Source: Phaeosaccion multiseriatum
Taxonomy: Eukaryota; Protista; Ochrophyta, other classes
Direction of reading: 5' to 3'
DNA: 64,000 bases
Assembly (NCBI GenBank): GCA_965112735.1
Contig: OZ218963.1
Span: 1,488,001-1,552,000, forward strand
The notes under the pieces were generated by a model, which made no database searches, was not told the DNA's origin, and saw nothing but the letters and a program-made list of their open reading frames with translations. Positions 50,590 to 61,994 of the stretch are shown here, piece after piece (position 1 is the first letter of the stretch; every line of letters starts with the position of its first letter). Made by a program: the position numbers and the translations under genes.

Positions 50590-52313
50590 AGCAAGTGCAG
50601 CCCATGGCCGTGTATGACTCAATGGCGGAGGACTTTGGTTTCCCACAACTTGAGGAGATTCAGCAGGCTCAGCAGGCCGCTATTGCCCCAACTTCTTTCA
50701 CTCAGATGGAGGCTACCCTGCAAAAGTCTGGCATTCATCTGGAGGCGGATACTGACGGTCTTCTTCGTGCCCCAGCTTCAGATGGTACACGTCGTGTTTG
50801 GCTTCCAACCGAGTCACTCCAGGCCCGAGCTATAGTAGTGGCACATCAAGGCAGCTGTGGTCATCGCGGCAGTACTTCTACGCTTACTGCCCTCTCTCAG
50901 CGATTCGTTTGGCCCTCTATGAAGGCAGATGTGGAGAGGCTATGCAACTTATGCCTCCACTGTCTATCCAATGGTTCTGGAGAGAGAGTGCCACGACCTT
51001 TGCTGGGTCAGATCCACGCAGACAGGCCTAACCAGCTGATCTACATGGACTGGGTTGATGTAGGGCCCGGACAGCAGCACGTCCTCTCAGCTGAAGGCAC
51101 GCTCACTGTTGACGTCAATTACGTGTTGGTGGTGACTGACGACTTTTCGCTTGAGGCCCAATACAGTGCAGCACCTGAGCCCACAGCAGAGGCAACAGCC
51201 AAAGCGCTCATGCAGTGGTTCAGTGTGTTTGGGGTGGTGCCCCGCTGGGCAAGCGATAGAGGTTCTCATTTCCTCAACCGAGTCATGGAGCTTCTACGAG
51301 GTTGGTTGCGGTGCGACCACCACTTTGTCGTGGCTCACAACCCTTACTCTCGTGGACTAGGGGAGAAAGGTGTGAGGGATTTTCTGAGTATTGTGCGGCC
51401 TGTTCTCAGCGAGTTTCGACTGCCTACCACGGAGTGGCCTCAGCTATTGCCGGTGGTAGAGGCGGCGCACAATTCTACTCCGAGCCCTTCACGCGACGGT
51501 CTCTCTCCTATTGAGTTGCACACGAACAACAAGCCTGTGCACCCTCTGGACGCGATTTTGGTGAACGACGCTGATCTTATCAAGGAGATGCGAGTATGCA
51601 AGCTACCGGAGGGCATGTTTAAGGCGATTAGAGAGGAGTCTCATCGCCAGCAGCAGGCAGTCCATCAGCGCATTTACGACCATCTGCAGGCAGTGCGTGA
51701 GAAGAAGCGTGTCTTCCACAACGATGCGCTGCGAGGGCGTAAAGGTGCGCAACACCGGAAGGAGACGGACTTGACGCGCAAGCTTGGTCACACTGGCGTC
51801 TTCGTTCCTGGTATCTTTGTCAATATGGCCAATGTTTCGGCCCATAGCAAGCTGCGTGGAGTGTGGAGTGGGCCCTACAGAGTGATCTGTGAGGTGAGCC
51901 CCATGGTATATGAAGTGGAGGAGCTGATTGGCAAGAAGAGGCGCTTCACTGCTCATGCTTCACGGCTACGCTACTATTGTGATGCGAGTGTTGGTGTCAG
52001 CACTGACGCACTCGCCCAGATCCAGTACGACACTCCCTTGTGGACTGTGGAGAGACTTGTCGACCTCGTCGAGGATGAGGGTGGCGACTTTCTCGTCCAA
52101 GTTCAGTGGGTTGGCTTTGAGCCGGAGGAGAACAGCATGGAGCCCATCCGTACGCTTGCGGCTGATGTGCCTGTCCTTTTGGAGACCTTTCTTAAGAACT
52201 TCCCAGACCAGGAGCTTGTCAGTCGAGCTCGGGAGTTTCTGTCTCGAGGCTCAGGACCGCCGACGAAGAAGGTACGCAAGAGAGCTGCGCGTTCACGGCA
52301 TTGCTGTACGTAA
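50590..52313 (+). pseudogene. pol: Integrase-chromodomain region of C (still open)
   Basis: HQGSCGH..CLHC, YMDW, ASDRGSHF, NPYSRGLGEK, WSGPYRV, VQWVGFEPEENSMEP. Confidence 0.88.
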
Positions 52314-52648
52314 AGCTTAGTCTTGAGGGTAGTCCCTCCCGAGCTCGCCTTGGGGGCAGTGTGCTGTCTGGGTCTAGGTCGACATCGATACTTGCCCGGG
52401 GTTAAAATAGGGCTATGTCAGTATTGGTGACCTCTTTTCTGGAATGTCCTTTGGACTTCCACTTTCCTTTCTTTTATTCAACAAGGTACCTCGCTCGACG
52501 AGCAGGCTACAAGATTATAATAGGAGGCTTCACACATTGGCACAGAGCCTGTGGAGTATTATCTAAACCCCTTGTAGAGCTTGTGGGCACAGCATAGAGG
52601 AGCAAGAGCTGGATTGGCAAGTCAATCGCCCCCTTCGCTCTCCTCTGC

Positions 52649-52902
52649 TCGGCTCCAGGCGAGGTTTCTCGGGCTTTAGGCTTCTGGGCCGTAGCCCCCT
52701 CCAGGCTTCGGGCTTCTGGCCGCAGGCCAGTGGTCAGGCTTCAGGCTTCGCAGGCTGGGAGAAAAATGGGGGACTTGGCAGGCTTTTCGCTACTTTCTGA
52801 AGGCTTCTGGCCGCAGGCCAGCCGCAGGCTTCTTACTTTCGGCCGCAGGCCGCCGCAGGCTTCTGCTTGATCGGGGGCTCGAGAAACCTCGCCTGGAGCC
52901 GA
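52649..52902. mobile_element. MITE with 23-bp TIRs and 6-bp TSD
   Basis: TCGGCTCCAGGCGAGGTTTCTCG ... CGAGAAACCTCGCCTGGAGCCGA; TSD CTCTGC; internal GGCTTCTGGCCGCAGGCC repeats. Confidence 0.85.
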
Positions 52903-53079
52903 CTCTGCCGACCAGCAGAGCGCGGCCCAGTTTAGCCGGCATGGCCGTGAATGAGGACTGAAATGGACCCAATACATGGTCGCACTGGCTATTCAGCGAG
53001 TCGTGGAGCAGGAGCAGCTCGTCAAAGGCGCCTTGATCTTCGAATACGAGTCTTCACTTCCTCTTCCCGGTGAGGCTGG

Positions 53080-53383
53080 TGTAAAAGCGCTGAAGTCGCT
53101 TAGACAAGTGGTAACACTCGATATATTATACGGGATGGAACCCGTTTGCAAGCCCTGCTGCTAGGCTCTCTCTCTCTCCTTACCAAGATCACCTTTTCTG
53201 ACGTCCCCTTGTTACGATATAAGGCATCCCAATATGCCTTCAGTATTATCCAAACGTTCGGATAATACTGAAGGCATATTGAGATGCCTTATATCGTAAC
53301 ACCCCTTGCCACTCAGAATCTACGTAATATAGGACACGCCGACCATTGACTTATGGTCCGTCTCACTCTGAGGCCTTCCAACA
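53080..53383 (-). mobile_element. Isolated D-family LTR carrying an H1 palindrome (53210-53301, TSD CCCCT)
   Basis: Reverse-complement homolog of 7598-7797; its own flanks show no TSD. Confidence 0.85.
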
Positions 53384-53819
53384 TCCGTAGCGCTCCAGCG
53401 GGCCCGACACGAACGATCGGTTCGACACAGGATCCTGGCTGGTATCAACTTTGTTCCAATGGGGAGAACTGATGAGTCAGAGGGACACGACCTCGAGGGC
53501 TAAGTTCCCCGGGGCGGTGAGACATTACTTTTAGACAACCATAGATGGCACTTAAGGTTGTAATATATATCTATTGATGACCGGTTTTGGTGGGGCGAGA
53601 TGCCCCACTCGGTGAAAGTGGGTATTTTTAGTACCCAATTTTTTTAAAAGTGGGTATTTTTAGTACAGTACCCAATATGGACCAGTAGCGCCCCTTCCCC
53701 CCCCCCTCCTTTTTTTGTGTGTGTATCTCTCCCCTCCTCCTCCAAAATATACTACGCTATGATATGACGATTTAATGGTATTACCACGATAACAATGGTA
53801 TTCATATTTACAGACACAC

Positions 53820-56800
53820 TTAGTGTCCGTCCTCAATCATGCATGGCTTACAGTAGTAGTCAAAATCGCCTTCCACAAAACCCTTGCTGTCGCAAAACTC
53901 GACGGTGCACATGTGGTGCACGAGGTTTCCACACGCTCTTTCGGATGGGCAGAGGAACAGCTTGACTTGCGAGGGCTTAGTACAGCCATACGAGCATGTG
54001 AAGGCCATGTCTCCCTCTCTCAAGCCGCCCAACGACGGCGCTGCTGACGCGGCAGCAGCGGCAGTAGCGGCCGCAGCGGCCGCATCAGAGGCAGCAGCAG
54101 AAGCAGCATCAGAAGCAGTACCAGTACCAGTACGCTGTTTTTTTTGGGCCCCCCTTCCCCTACCCCTTCCTCCTCGTCCTCCTCCGGCTCCGCCTCCTCC
54201 TGTTGCAGCAGCAGCAGCAGCAGCATTGCTGCTGCCACCTCCCTCCTCGTCGTCCTCTGCACCGCTATCACCTCCATCCCCCTCCTTCGACTCGTCTGCA
54301 CCAGTGCCACTTTCCTTCGCCCTCGCCCGCTTCGCCCGTTTTTTCGCGTCCGCCTGCTGCGCGCTCCATAAATTATACACGGTGGTCCACACCAGCTGAT
54401 TGAAGCGGCGCTTGTGAGAATCAGAACGAGACTTGATGTCAAAGGCGTCTTTGACTGCGTCAAACATGCTTCGCGCTTCTTCAAGCGTCGGCTTGTCCTT
54501 CCAGAGCCCCTTTTCTTTCGCCGCGGATTCAATCGCACCCATCAAACAGCAAAATTTTGACATCCTTCGCTTCTCCGCCCTCCCCTGCACGTCTGCTGTC
54601 GTGAATTCTCGAAGGCGAGGAGTGCCTGTCATCCAAGCATCCCAAGCAGCGCGCACAGTGAAGCTAGGGACCTCAAAGTGCTCGGGAAGGGTATGCCACC
54701 GGCCGTTGTAGAGATACAGAGGTGGCTGATCTGCACCTGCACAAGAAGAAGAAGAGGGCGGGGCGCTGCTCGAACCCTCACCAAGGCCCAGAGTGCCTGC
54801 CTGGTGAGCCGCGAGAAGGTCGCTGAGCCCACTCTTAGAAAAGGCTGCGTCGAGGGTCGTCTGCAGGGCCCTGCTCACACCCAGACTGGTGACAGTGCCA
54901 GAGGCCTGTGCATTCTCCTCCAGAACGTCACGGATCAGCGTCTCCAAGTCGACCTTGATCGTCTGGCCCAACACCTCAAGCTTGCCGCCTAGAGAGGCCA
55001 CGCTGTCCGCCACGACTTGGAATTGCCTCAGCTGCACGACGTGGGGAGGAATCCCGGTTGCAGAAATCTCGTCCGTCTCGTCCGGATACTTCAGCACGAC
55101 ATGCTCTGAAAGGTCCGCCAGCAACCTTTGATCTCGGAAGAGCTGTGTCGTGAAAAGAGGGTGATTCTCCTGAAGAGTGTTGCGCAGAAAGCCGGCGTGG
55201 TACACCACACTGGCAAGACAGAATTCAGCCACCTTCCTCAATCTCAGCGGCACGTCCCTGAAGCAGCTCACAATGGCTCCCGCGAGCACGTCTTCAATGC
55301 CCTCCTTCGCTGTGCCGTCCACCTTGAGGCGCTGAAAAAAGGGAGGAAGCAATGCAAACTCCTTCGCTGAGATGTTCGCGCCGGAGGCAGCCCGGCCCAC
55401 ATACTGATCTGCTGCATTGATGGGGTTGAAGTAGATGCCCTGCACGCCGGGAAGAGACCATCCCATTCGAAGTTGCACAGCAATTGGGTTGGGAGCAGCG
55501 GATGAGCCGCTTGTGACATGCGAGGCAGCGCCCTTGCGCCCAGAATGAGTGCCGAGGTCCTCTGGAGTCAGCCCCATGCCTTCCAAAATGGACGAGTTCG
55601 CCGCCGCCGTACGTCTGAGGAAGCCGCAATACCTATCGTACTGATTGTTGCCAGCGAACAGCGCGTTCTTCTCAAAACCAAAGCTCAGGAGGTAAACACC
55701 AAGCGCGAGGACGGGGCAGATCTCCGGCATGATTGGATTCGCGTAGACGTGGCGAGGATGTCGGGCCTTCTCTCCCAGCTGGTCGCCCTTTTGCTTCCCA
55801 AAATAGACGCAGAGCGCGTCCCCCTTCCACTCGAGATGATCGAGACAAATCTCCACACAGTTGGTGGCGCGGCACATCAGATTCCAGGAGAGAACGAGGA
55901 AGGGGTGGCCAAAGGCGCCCTGTCTGTGCCCGTTCTCACAGACTGCCGAGCTCAGCATTGCTGCGATGTACACAAGCGAAGGAAACAGTGGCAACCAAAG
56001 ACGGCGTCAGGGCTAGGAAGTGAGTGGGGGGCATTCAATGCATCAGCCACTTGTCTCCACCCACTCCACTAGTTTCCACTGTCCACTGACTCCACACAGC
56101 TGGGAATTTACCTTTGGCAAGAGCGCGGTAGAGAGCGAACGGCATGGGAGCCTTCCCTTCTCTGACTTCGACATTTCCCTCCTGCTTCTCTCCTGCGATC
56201 GTCCTCTTCAGCCCCTTGGTGAGCGTCGCAAGGTCGCTTTGCAATTTGCGGTGCTGTTCCTCCTGATGGTAGTCTCTGTACAGATTGAAGAGTGCAGAGC
56301 GTTTCGACTGTGCACCGGCCTTGGATAAGCCCTTCGGCCCCTTCTTGACTTCAAGCAGCCACCCGAAGAACGCGTCGGCTGTCAGCAGATGGAACAGCAA
56401 AGGGTGCGGCGCCCGAGGTGCTTGGATCAAGTGTGCCTTCACCCGCTTCGTCCACTGCGCCTCAGCCTTCCTCTTGGCCTTTGCTTGGGCTTTCGCTGCT
56501 CTCGACACCTCAGCCGGCGTCTGCTGTGCCGCTGCAGTGGCACCACCCGCTCCGCCAGGTGCGGCGGCTGCTGCGGCTGCTGCTGCTCTCCTCTGTGCTT
56601 CCTCCTCTTCCCCATCTTCCCCGTCTTCCTCCTCTTCCCCTTCCGGTGGAGCAAATGCTGTCCTGAAGTCAGGGTCCAGAAGCTCCGGGTGCTTGCGGAA
56701 GAGGTATCGGATCAGCATGGTGGAGGCGCATGCATATCCACTTCTCGAGCGTGGGGCGATGGTGTTGTTTCGGAGGTTCTGAATCTGCTGCTGCTCTGCA

Positions 56801-56868
56801 GTAAGCGGTGCTTCTTCCCCCTCTGCTGCTGGTGCTTCCGGAACCGTAGCAACAGCGACGTCAGCCAT
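53820..56868 (-). CDS. Crypton-type tyrosine recombinase, two exons (56868-56112, 55960-53820), 965 aa, C-terminal PHD-like finger
   Basis: GT-AG intron 56111-55961 joins the two ORFs in frame. Catalytic set R (WNLMCR), K (KQKGDQ), HxxR (GTHSGRKG), W (RMGW), Y (VQGIY). Also HVYANP..ICP and LLPPFF motifs typical of CryptonS. Confidence 0.88.
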
Positions 56869-57649
56869 GGTATGCTCTGTTCTCCTGCAAATTCACGTGG
56901 GAGATGCCCCTCCCACCACTGGCATCAGCTGTTACAGCCGGGTATCGTCCGCGCAGCCGCTGCTCCTCTTACATAGCTGCCCTGTGCAAATATGCTGATG
57001 CTGTGAATGAATAAAAATCCATGTGGGGAGGGGGGGGAGAATGCCCCACAACCAAAAAATATTGGATAAAAAACTTGAAAAACGAGCATTTGTGGCCCAT
57101 AAAATATCCAAAACCATAATTTCGTGGGGCAGGTGCCCCACATCACGGTACTATTAGACATACGGACTACAGAGAACTTAATACATCCCCAATGCCTATC
57201 CCGTAACCTTCCAACATCCCCAATGCCTATCCCGTCTCTGCGACCACCACCACCGTGTGGTGGAGGTGGGACAGGCTCAATTACGTATTATTAGGTAGGC
57301 AGAGTAGTAAGTCAATGATGTGGGACGCGGCCTTTTTTTAAAAACTTGGCCCCTCCGCACTCCTGAACCCGTATAGACCAAGTGGATAGCTCTCCTTTCT
57401 TCCAATCTTTTGGTGGGATAGTCCTTGCTAGTAATATACAATATACTTGGTGCCAACATTGTTCTCTTCTCTCCCCTATTGGGACCCCGAACGCAGCGCT
57501 CAGCTTGGGGGTGCCTTCCTACTCTTAGGCAGAGGGAGGTAGCGGCCCCACACGTGGCAACGACGGAGAGACTTGAACTCTCTCTTCTGAAGCACAATCC
57601 CTGTCGCTGGGTGTTCTTTGTCGCGTTCCGCGTCAAGGGGGGAGGGAGT

Positions 57650-60303
57650 ATGGACGCCTCAGCTCCGTCCGGAGATGACGACGAGGAGGATGAAAAGTAT
57701 GGATGGATGGTGGGAGAGGATGAGGAAACGCGCATCAGGCGTCTGATGATGCGGAACCGTTATCCTTTTATCTCCTACGCCCAAGGCGGATTCTGGTATT
57801 CGGAAGAGGACGAACAGACGAGGCGCCAAGAGGACGAACAGACGATGCGCCGGCTCAAGATGTTTTATCGGGAGGAGAAGGCGTGCTGGCTTCAGGTTTG
57901 GGAATGGAGCCGGATACTTGACTGGAGCAGCGTGACAGTGAATGGGTGGACGTACACTCTTTCAGACTTCAGGTATCGGAGTGAGCAGCATGAGAAGGAG
58001 CTGCGCCGACGGAAATCCGAAGAAGAGGCTCGGACGAAGGACGAGGCCGAGCAGGAACGACAGCGAAGGAAACAATGGGAACGAGAGATGGCTTCAGACA
58101 TCACCTACTACGTCCAGGGCTATACCTATTGGCAATACAGCACAGAAGCGGATCAGCGGCGCAGACGGGAAGGAAGAAAGCCGTTTGGGATTGAGCTTTG
58201 TGAGGAGCTTGAGCGCAGAGGATATGATAGCAGCAGTGATGTGACAGTGAACGGATGGTGCCAGTCATTCGCATGCTTTAGGGGCTATGCGGAGCAGGAA
58301 AAGGAGAGGTTGCGTCAGCAGACACCAGAGGAGGAAGAAGCAAAATTGCGTCAGTCGTGGCCAGAGCAGTCTGATGGGCCGCGGGCTGCCATGCATTGGC
58401 AGCAGCAGCAGTCAGAGTATCAACCGCCGCTACAACAACCATACTCTCCTCAAGGTCCTCAGTGGCAACCTCGGGCCGCTCAGCATTGGCAACAACACAA
58501 ACGGACACTCGACACGGGCCCAACCCAGCAGCAGATGGAAGAGACGACGATGCTTCAGCAGCCCAGTGAGCGAAGAGGGTCTTCCCATCACGGACACTGC
58601 AGCGACAGTGGCAGCTCATCATCCAGCAGAGCCGTCCGTGACAGTCACGCTTGTAGAGGACGGCAGTCGAGGGATGAGCAGCACTCTCTGCCTCAGCTTC
58701 AGCATACAGAGAGCTCTCAATCGCGACAGCAAGAAAGGAAGGAGCAAGAACAGAAGCGTCGTAGACTGCTGGAAATGGTGCTGCAGATGAAGGAAAACGC
58801 TATGAAGCGCCTTGACTCCATGGAGAGTTCCATGAAGAGGATACTGCAAACAACAGCCAGACACCAGCAACTTTCTCCCCACCGGCAGTCCTCTCCTCTT
58901 TCTCAGCGTATGGAGCGGACTCCGTCACCGTCAAGAGGACGCACCCAACGGTGGCGATCTCCACAGCCTTTGCAGCTTCAGCCACAGCAGCAGCAGCATC
59001 AGCAGCTGCAGGAGGAGAAGGAGAAGGTGTGTTACGTTTGGATAATACTGAAGGCATATTGGGATGCCTTATATCGTAACAAAAGAGGGGTTCGAGTCCT
59101 ACTTGAGGAAAGAGAAAAAAAATGATATTTCCCGAGGGGGGTTACCAGAGGGTCGTACCCTAGGGAAAAAGCACGGAAAACTGGTGGGGATGAGGGACAG
59201 TATTTAGGGTCGAACGTTTCGGTAGCACCAACCCCCCGGTGTGAAGGTAGGGCTCACCGAACCCACCTTTTGTTACGATATAAGGCATCCCAATATGCCT
59301 TCAGTATTATCCAAACGTTTGGATAATACTGAAGGCATATTGGGATGCCTTATATCGTAACAAGGTGAGACAGCAGCAACAGCGCTCACAGCGCCCACAA
59401 CAACAGCCGACCAGTGGCGGGCCACAGCAGTGCCCGCAGCCCTGTCAGAAGCAGCTGCTGCAGCGGAAACAACAGCACTCTCGGCCATTGTCGACTCGTC
59501 CGTCGCGACAAGAGCAAGCACCGCAGCAGCAGAGACTGGAGCAAGACCAGAGGCGTGGGGGGCAGATCGAGGTGCTGGTGAAGCGGGAGCAACTGCAATT
59601 GGAGGAAGAGAGAGTGAAGGAAGAGCAGCTGCAGCTGGGGGGAAAACTGGAGGAATCTGAGCAGCTGCAACTGGAGAAAGAGATGGTGAAGCAGCAGCTG
59701 CAGTTGGAGGATGAGAAGGTGAAACAACAGTTGCAGCTTGAGGAGCTGAGGTCTCAGCAGCTGTTGCATGAGAAAGAGGAGAAGGTCAAACAGCAGTTGC
59801 AGCTGGAGGAAGAGGAGAAGGCGCAGCGGCTCAGTAGGGAGCCAGAGAAGACACTCGCCCAACAGTGACTGCACGAGAATGAGCAGCAAGAGACGAAGAG
59901 TAGATTGCTGGAAGATGTGAAGTGTAAAAGTGAGTGGCAACTGCATCAGACAGACATGCAGGAGAAAGAAAGGCAGCTGTATGAGGAGGTGGAGGAGCGT
60001 GTTAGACAATTGCAAGAGGTGAAGCTTGAGGAGGGGCAACAGCTGCGGTTGGGGAAGGAGGAGTCAACACTGCAGTTGTCTCCGCAGGTGGTGCAGCAGA
60101 AACGCCTTCAGCGAGAGACGGAGTTGCAGGCCTCTCTGCAGCAGGATGTGGAGGAAGAGGAGGGCAAGGAAAGCTCCGATGAGTGGGAGGAGCTTCACTT
60201 GTCTTTGGGCTTGCCGATGGTGGACGCGAACGGGCCTCAGCGCTTGGGTCAGCTGTACCCTGGGCGGCTAGCTCCAGTTGGCATTGGTACGCGGGGAGAC
60301 TAG
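57650..60303 (+). pseudogene. Coiled-coil Q/E-rich protein of F, with a duplicated Trp-rich module
   Basis: 57425-59125, 59365-59868 and 59905-60303 form one frame after removing H1, with a single internal TGA at 59866-59868. Confidence 0.6.
59030..59362. mobile_element. Complete H1 element (deleted hairpin, ~190-bp core, full hairpin)
   Basis: TSD AGGTG; right hairpin 59271-59362 identical to 13827-13918; B-box GGTTCGAGTCC at 59089-59099. Confidence 0.92.
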
Positions 60304-61433
60304 CTACCACTCGTCAGTCAATGGAAGCTTCGTACTGACAGCTTCTGCGGCAGTGTTTGTGGATCATGGATGGGCATGCAAGGACGTGGAAGCTCGTGGA
60401 GAGAGATGGCAGCAAACAGCGGTATGAGGAATGAATGACGAGGTGGGTGGCGGAGCAAAGGGAGGGTAGGCAAGGACTTGAGGGACGGCAGGGAGTAGCT
60501 CCTGTGAGGAGACAGCAAGTGGTTCAAAGGGGACGGGTTGGTGCTTCACAGCAGCAGGAGCAGGGAGGGGCAGCTGATAAAGGTGATGGTGTGCCTCTTC
60601 CACACATTGTGTATCGTGGCTCACAGCTGATAAGGGAGAGACAATACCAGCGGGGAGTGGTCGTGTTGGTACGAGGTTCGGTGTGGGGGGATGCTTGGGC
60701 GACGGGGGCTTGGCCTTGTCTGGTGGTGCATGTGCAGCCTGATCGTTCGCTTGAGTTTGTCCCTCTGGATTTTCGTGTAGGGCTCACAGGACGTGAGGCT
60801 CTGCAGCATCTGGAGGGAGTGTTTCGTGGGTACACTCGGCGGAATGGGCGGTTTACAGCAGAGCAGAAATGGTTCACCAATCAGCGACTTATTTCGATTC
60901 GACCGCTTAACTCCGCCGATGTGGTGGGCTGTGACCCCGAGTTTGGAGGAGAGCAGCTGTGGACCTAGCTTGCGATTGGAGGGAGACGCGAGAGGCTGGG
61001 ACCTCTCTAGCATGGCGGTGCTTATCTGCAAGCGAGGGTGAGCATCGGTGACTAGTAGGACCTTCTGGTGAGTAGGTATCTACGACTGTAGCTGCGGGTG
61101 TGTGCTAGAGGTGTTGGTTGCTCTCTGGGTATTGGGGTTGCTTGATTTATCTTTCATATAAACGGCCTTGGGTTGGCTGGACATGTTTTCTTTTCACATA
61201 AACGACTGAGTGTGTCGGACTTGTTTGCTTTCATATATTTAGCATGTCAGTGACGTATTGAGCCTTTGACTGGTTGCCTCCACACAGAGTGTCTCGGCAA
61301 GGGGGGATCTGTGGTGGAGGTGGGACAGGCTCAATTACGTATTATTAGGTAGGCAGAGTAGTAAGTCAATGATGTGGGACGCGGCCTTTTTGAGGGCTTG
61401 GTTGGCCCCTCCGCACTCCTGAACCCATGGCCT

Positions 61434-61725
61434 TGTTAGAAGTCGTGCTTTTGCTAGACTGGTACCTCCCGGTCTGAAGAACCCTGGCTGTAGCTTGTGA
61501 AAAAAGCGTGTTTTTCGGCGAAAACTGGTACCGGCTTGCTGGCTTGCTGACCCATTAGTCTGATTCCCAGACTGCGAGTTACTTCTCTCCACTATGTGCG
61601 GTGGGGGGGGGGGGTTCGTCTTCTAGCAATGGGCTTGTTAGAAGTCGTGCTTTTGCTAGACTGGTACCTACCCGGTCTGAATTCAGAGGGTAGGTACCAG
61701 TCTAGCAAAAGCACGACTTCTAACA
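61434..61725. mobile_element. H2 element, copy 3 (inverted)
   Basis: Partial hairpin from 61434, reversed Y, full hairpin 61636-61725. Confidence 0.85.
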
Positions 61726-61994
61726 AGGTATGTCAGTGAAGGGTAAGATGGGGTCCAGTGATACCCAATTAGGCACTGACGTTAGTGGAATCGATGGCTG
61801 CCTCTCGGGCACTATTGTAGGTGAGACTGTTATCAAGACAATACATTCATTGGCACTCTATGGAGCCCTGTTGGTAACTGCGCTAGGGACATCGCAACAA
61901 GGGGTACGTATTTTAGCCTGCCTGTGTTGTACAGCCGCGTCTGGGTGGCTGCAACTGATACATCGCCTGCGCTCGGCGTAGGCTACCTCGGATT

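Larger units (their letters stand above)
47512..52596 (+). mobile_element. Degenerate Gypsy chromovirus C, distant relative of A
   Basis: LTRs at 47512-47763 and 52360-52596, both ending CAGCATA; TSD GAGG; PPT TGGGGGCAG. RT has a stop and frameshifts (YMDN 50137-50148); RNase H is deleted. Confidence 0.92.
57256..61426 (+). mobile_element. Non-autonomous LTR element F with a Q/E-rich cargo ORF
   Basis: LTR begins TGTGGTGGAGG at 57256 and again at 61310 after PPT AAGGGGGGATC. Probable 5' LTR end 57552, followed by tRNA-type PBS TGGCAACGACGG. 3' LTR truncated by H2. No RT motifs. Confidence 0.8.
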
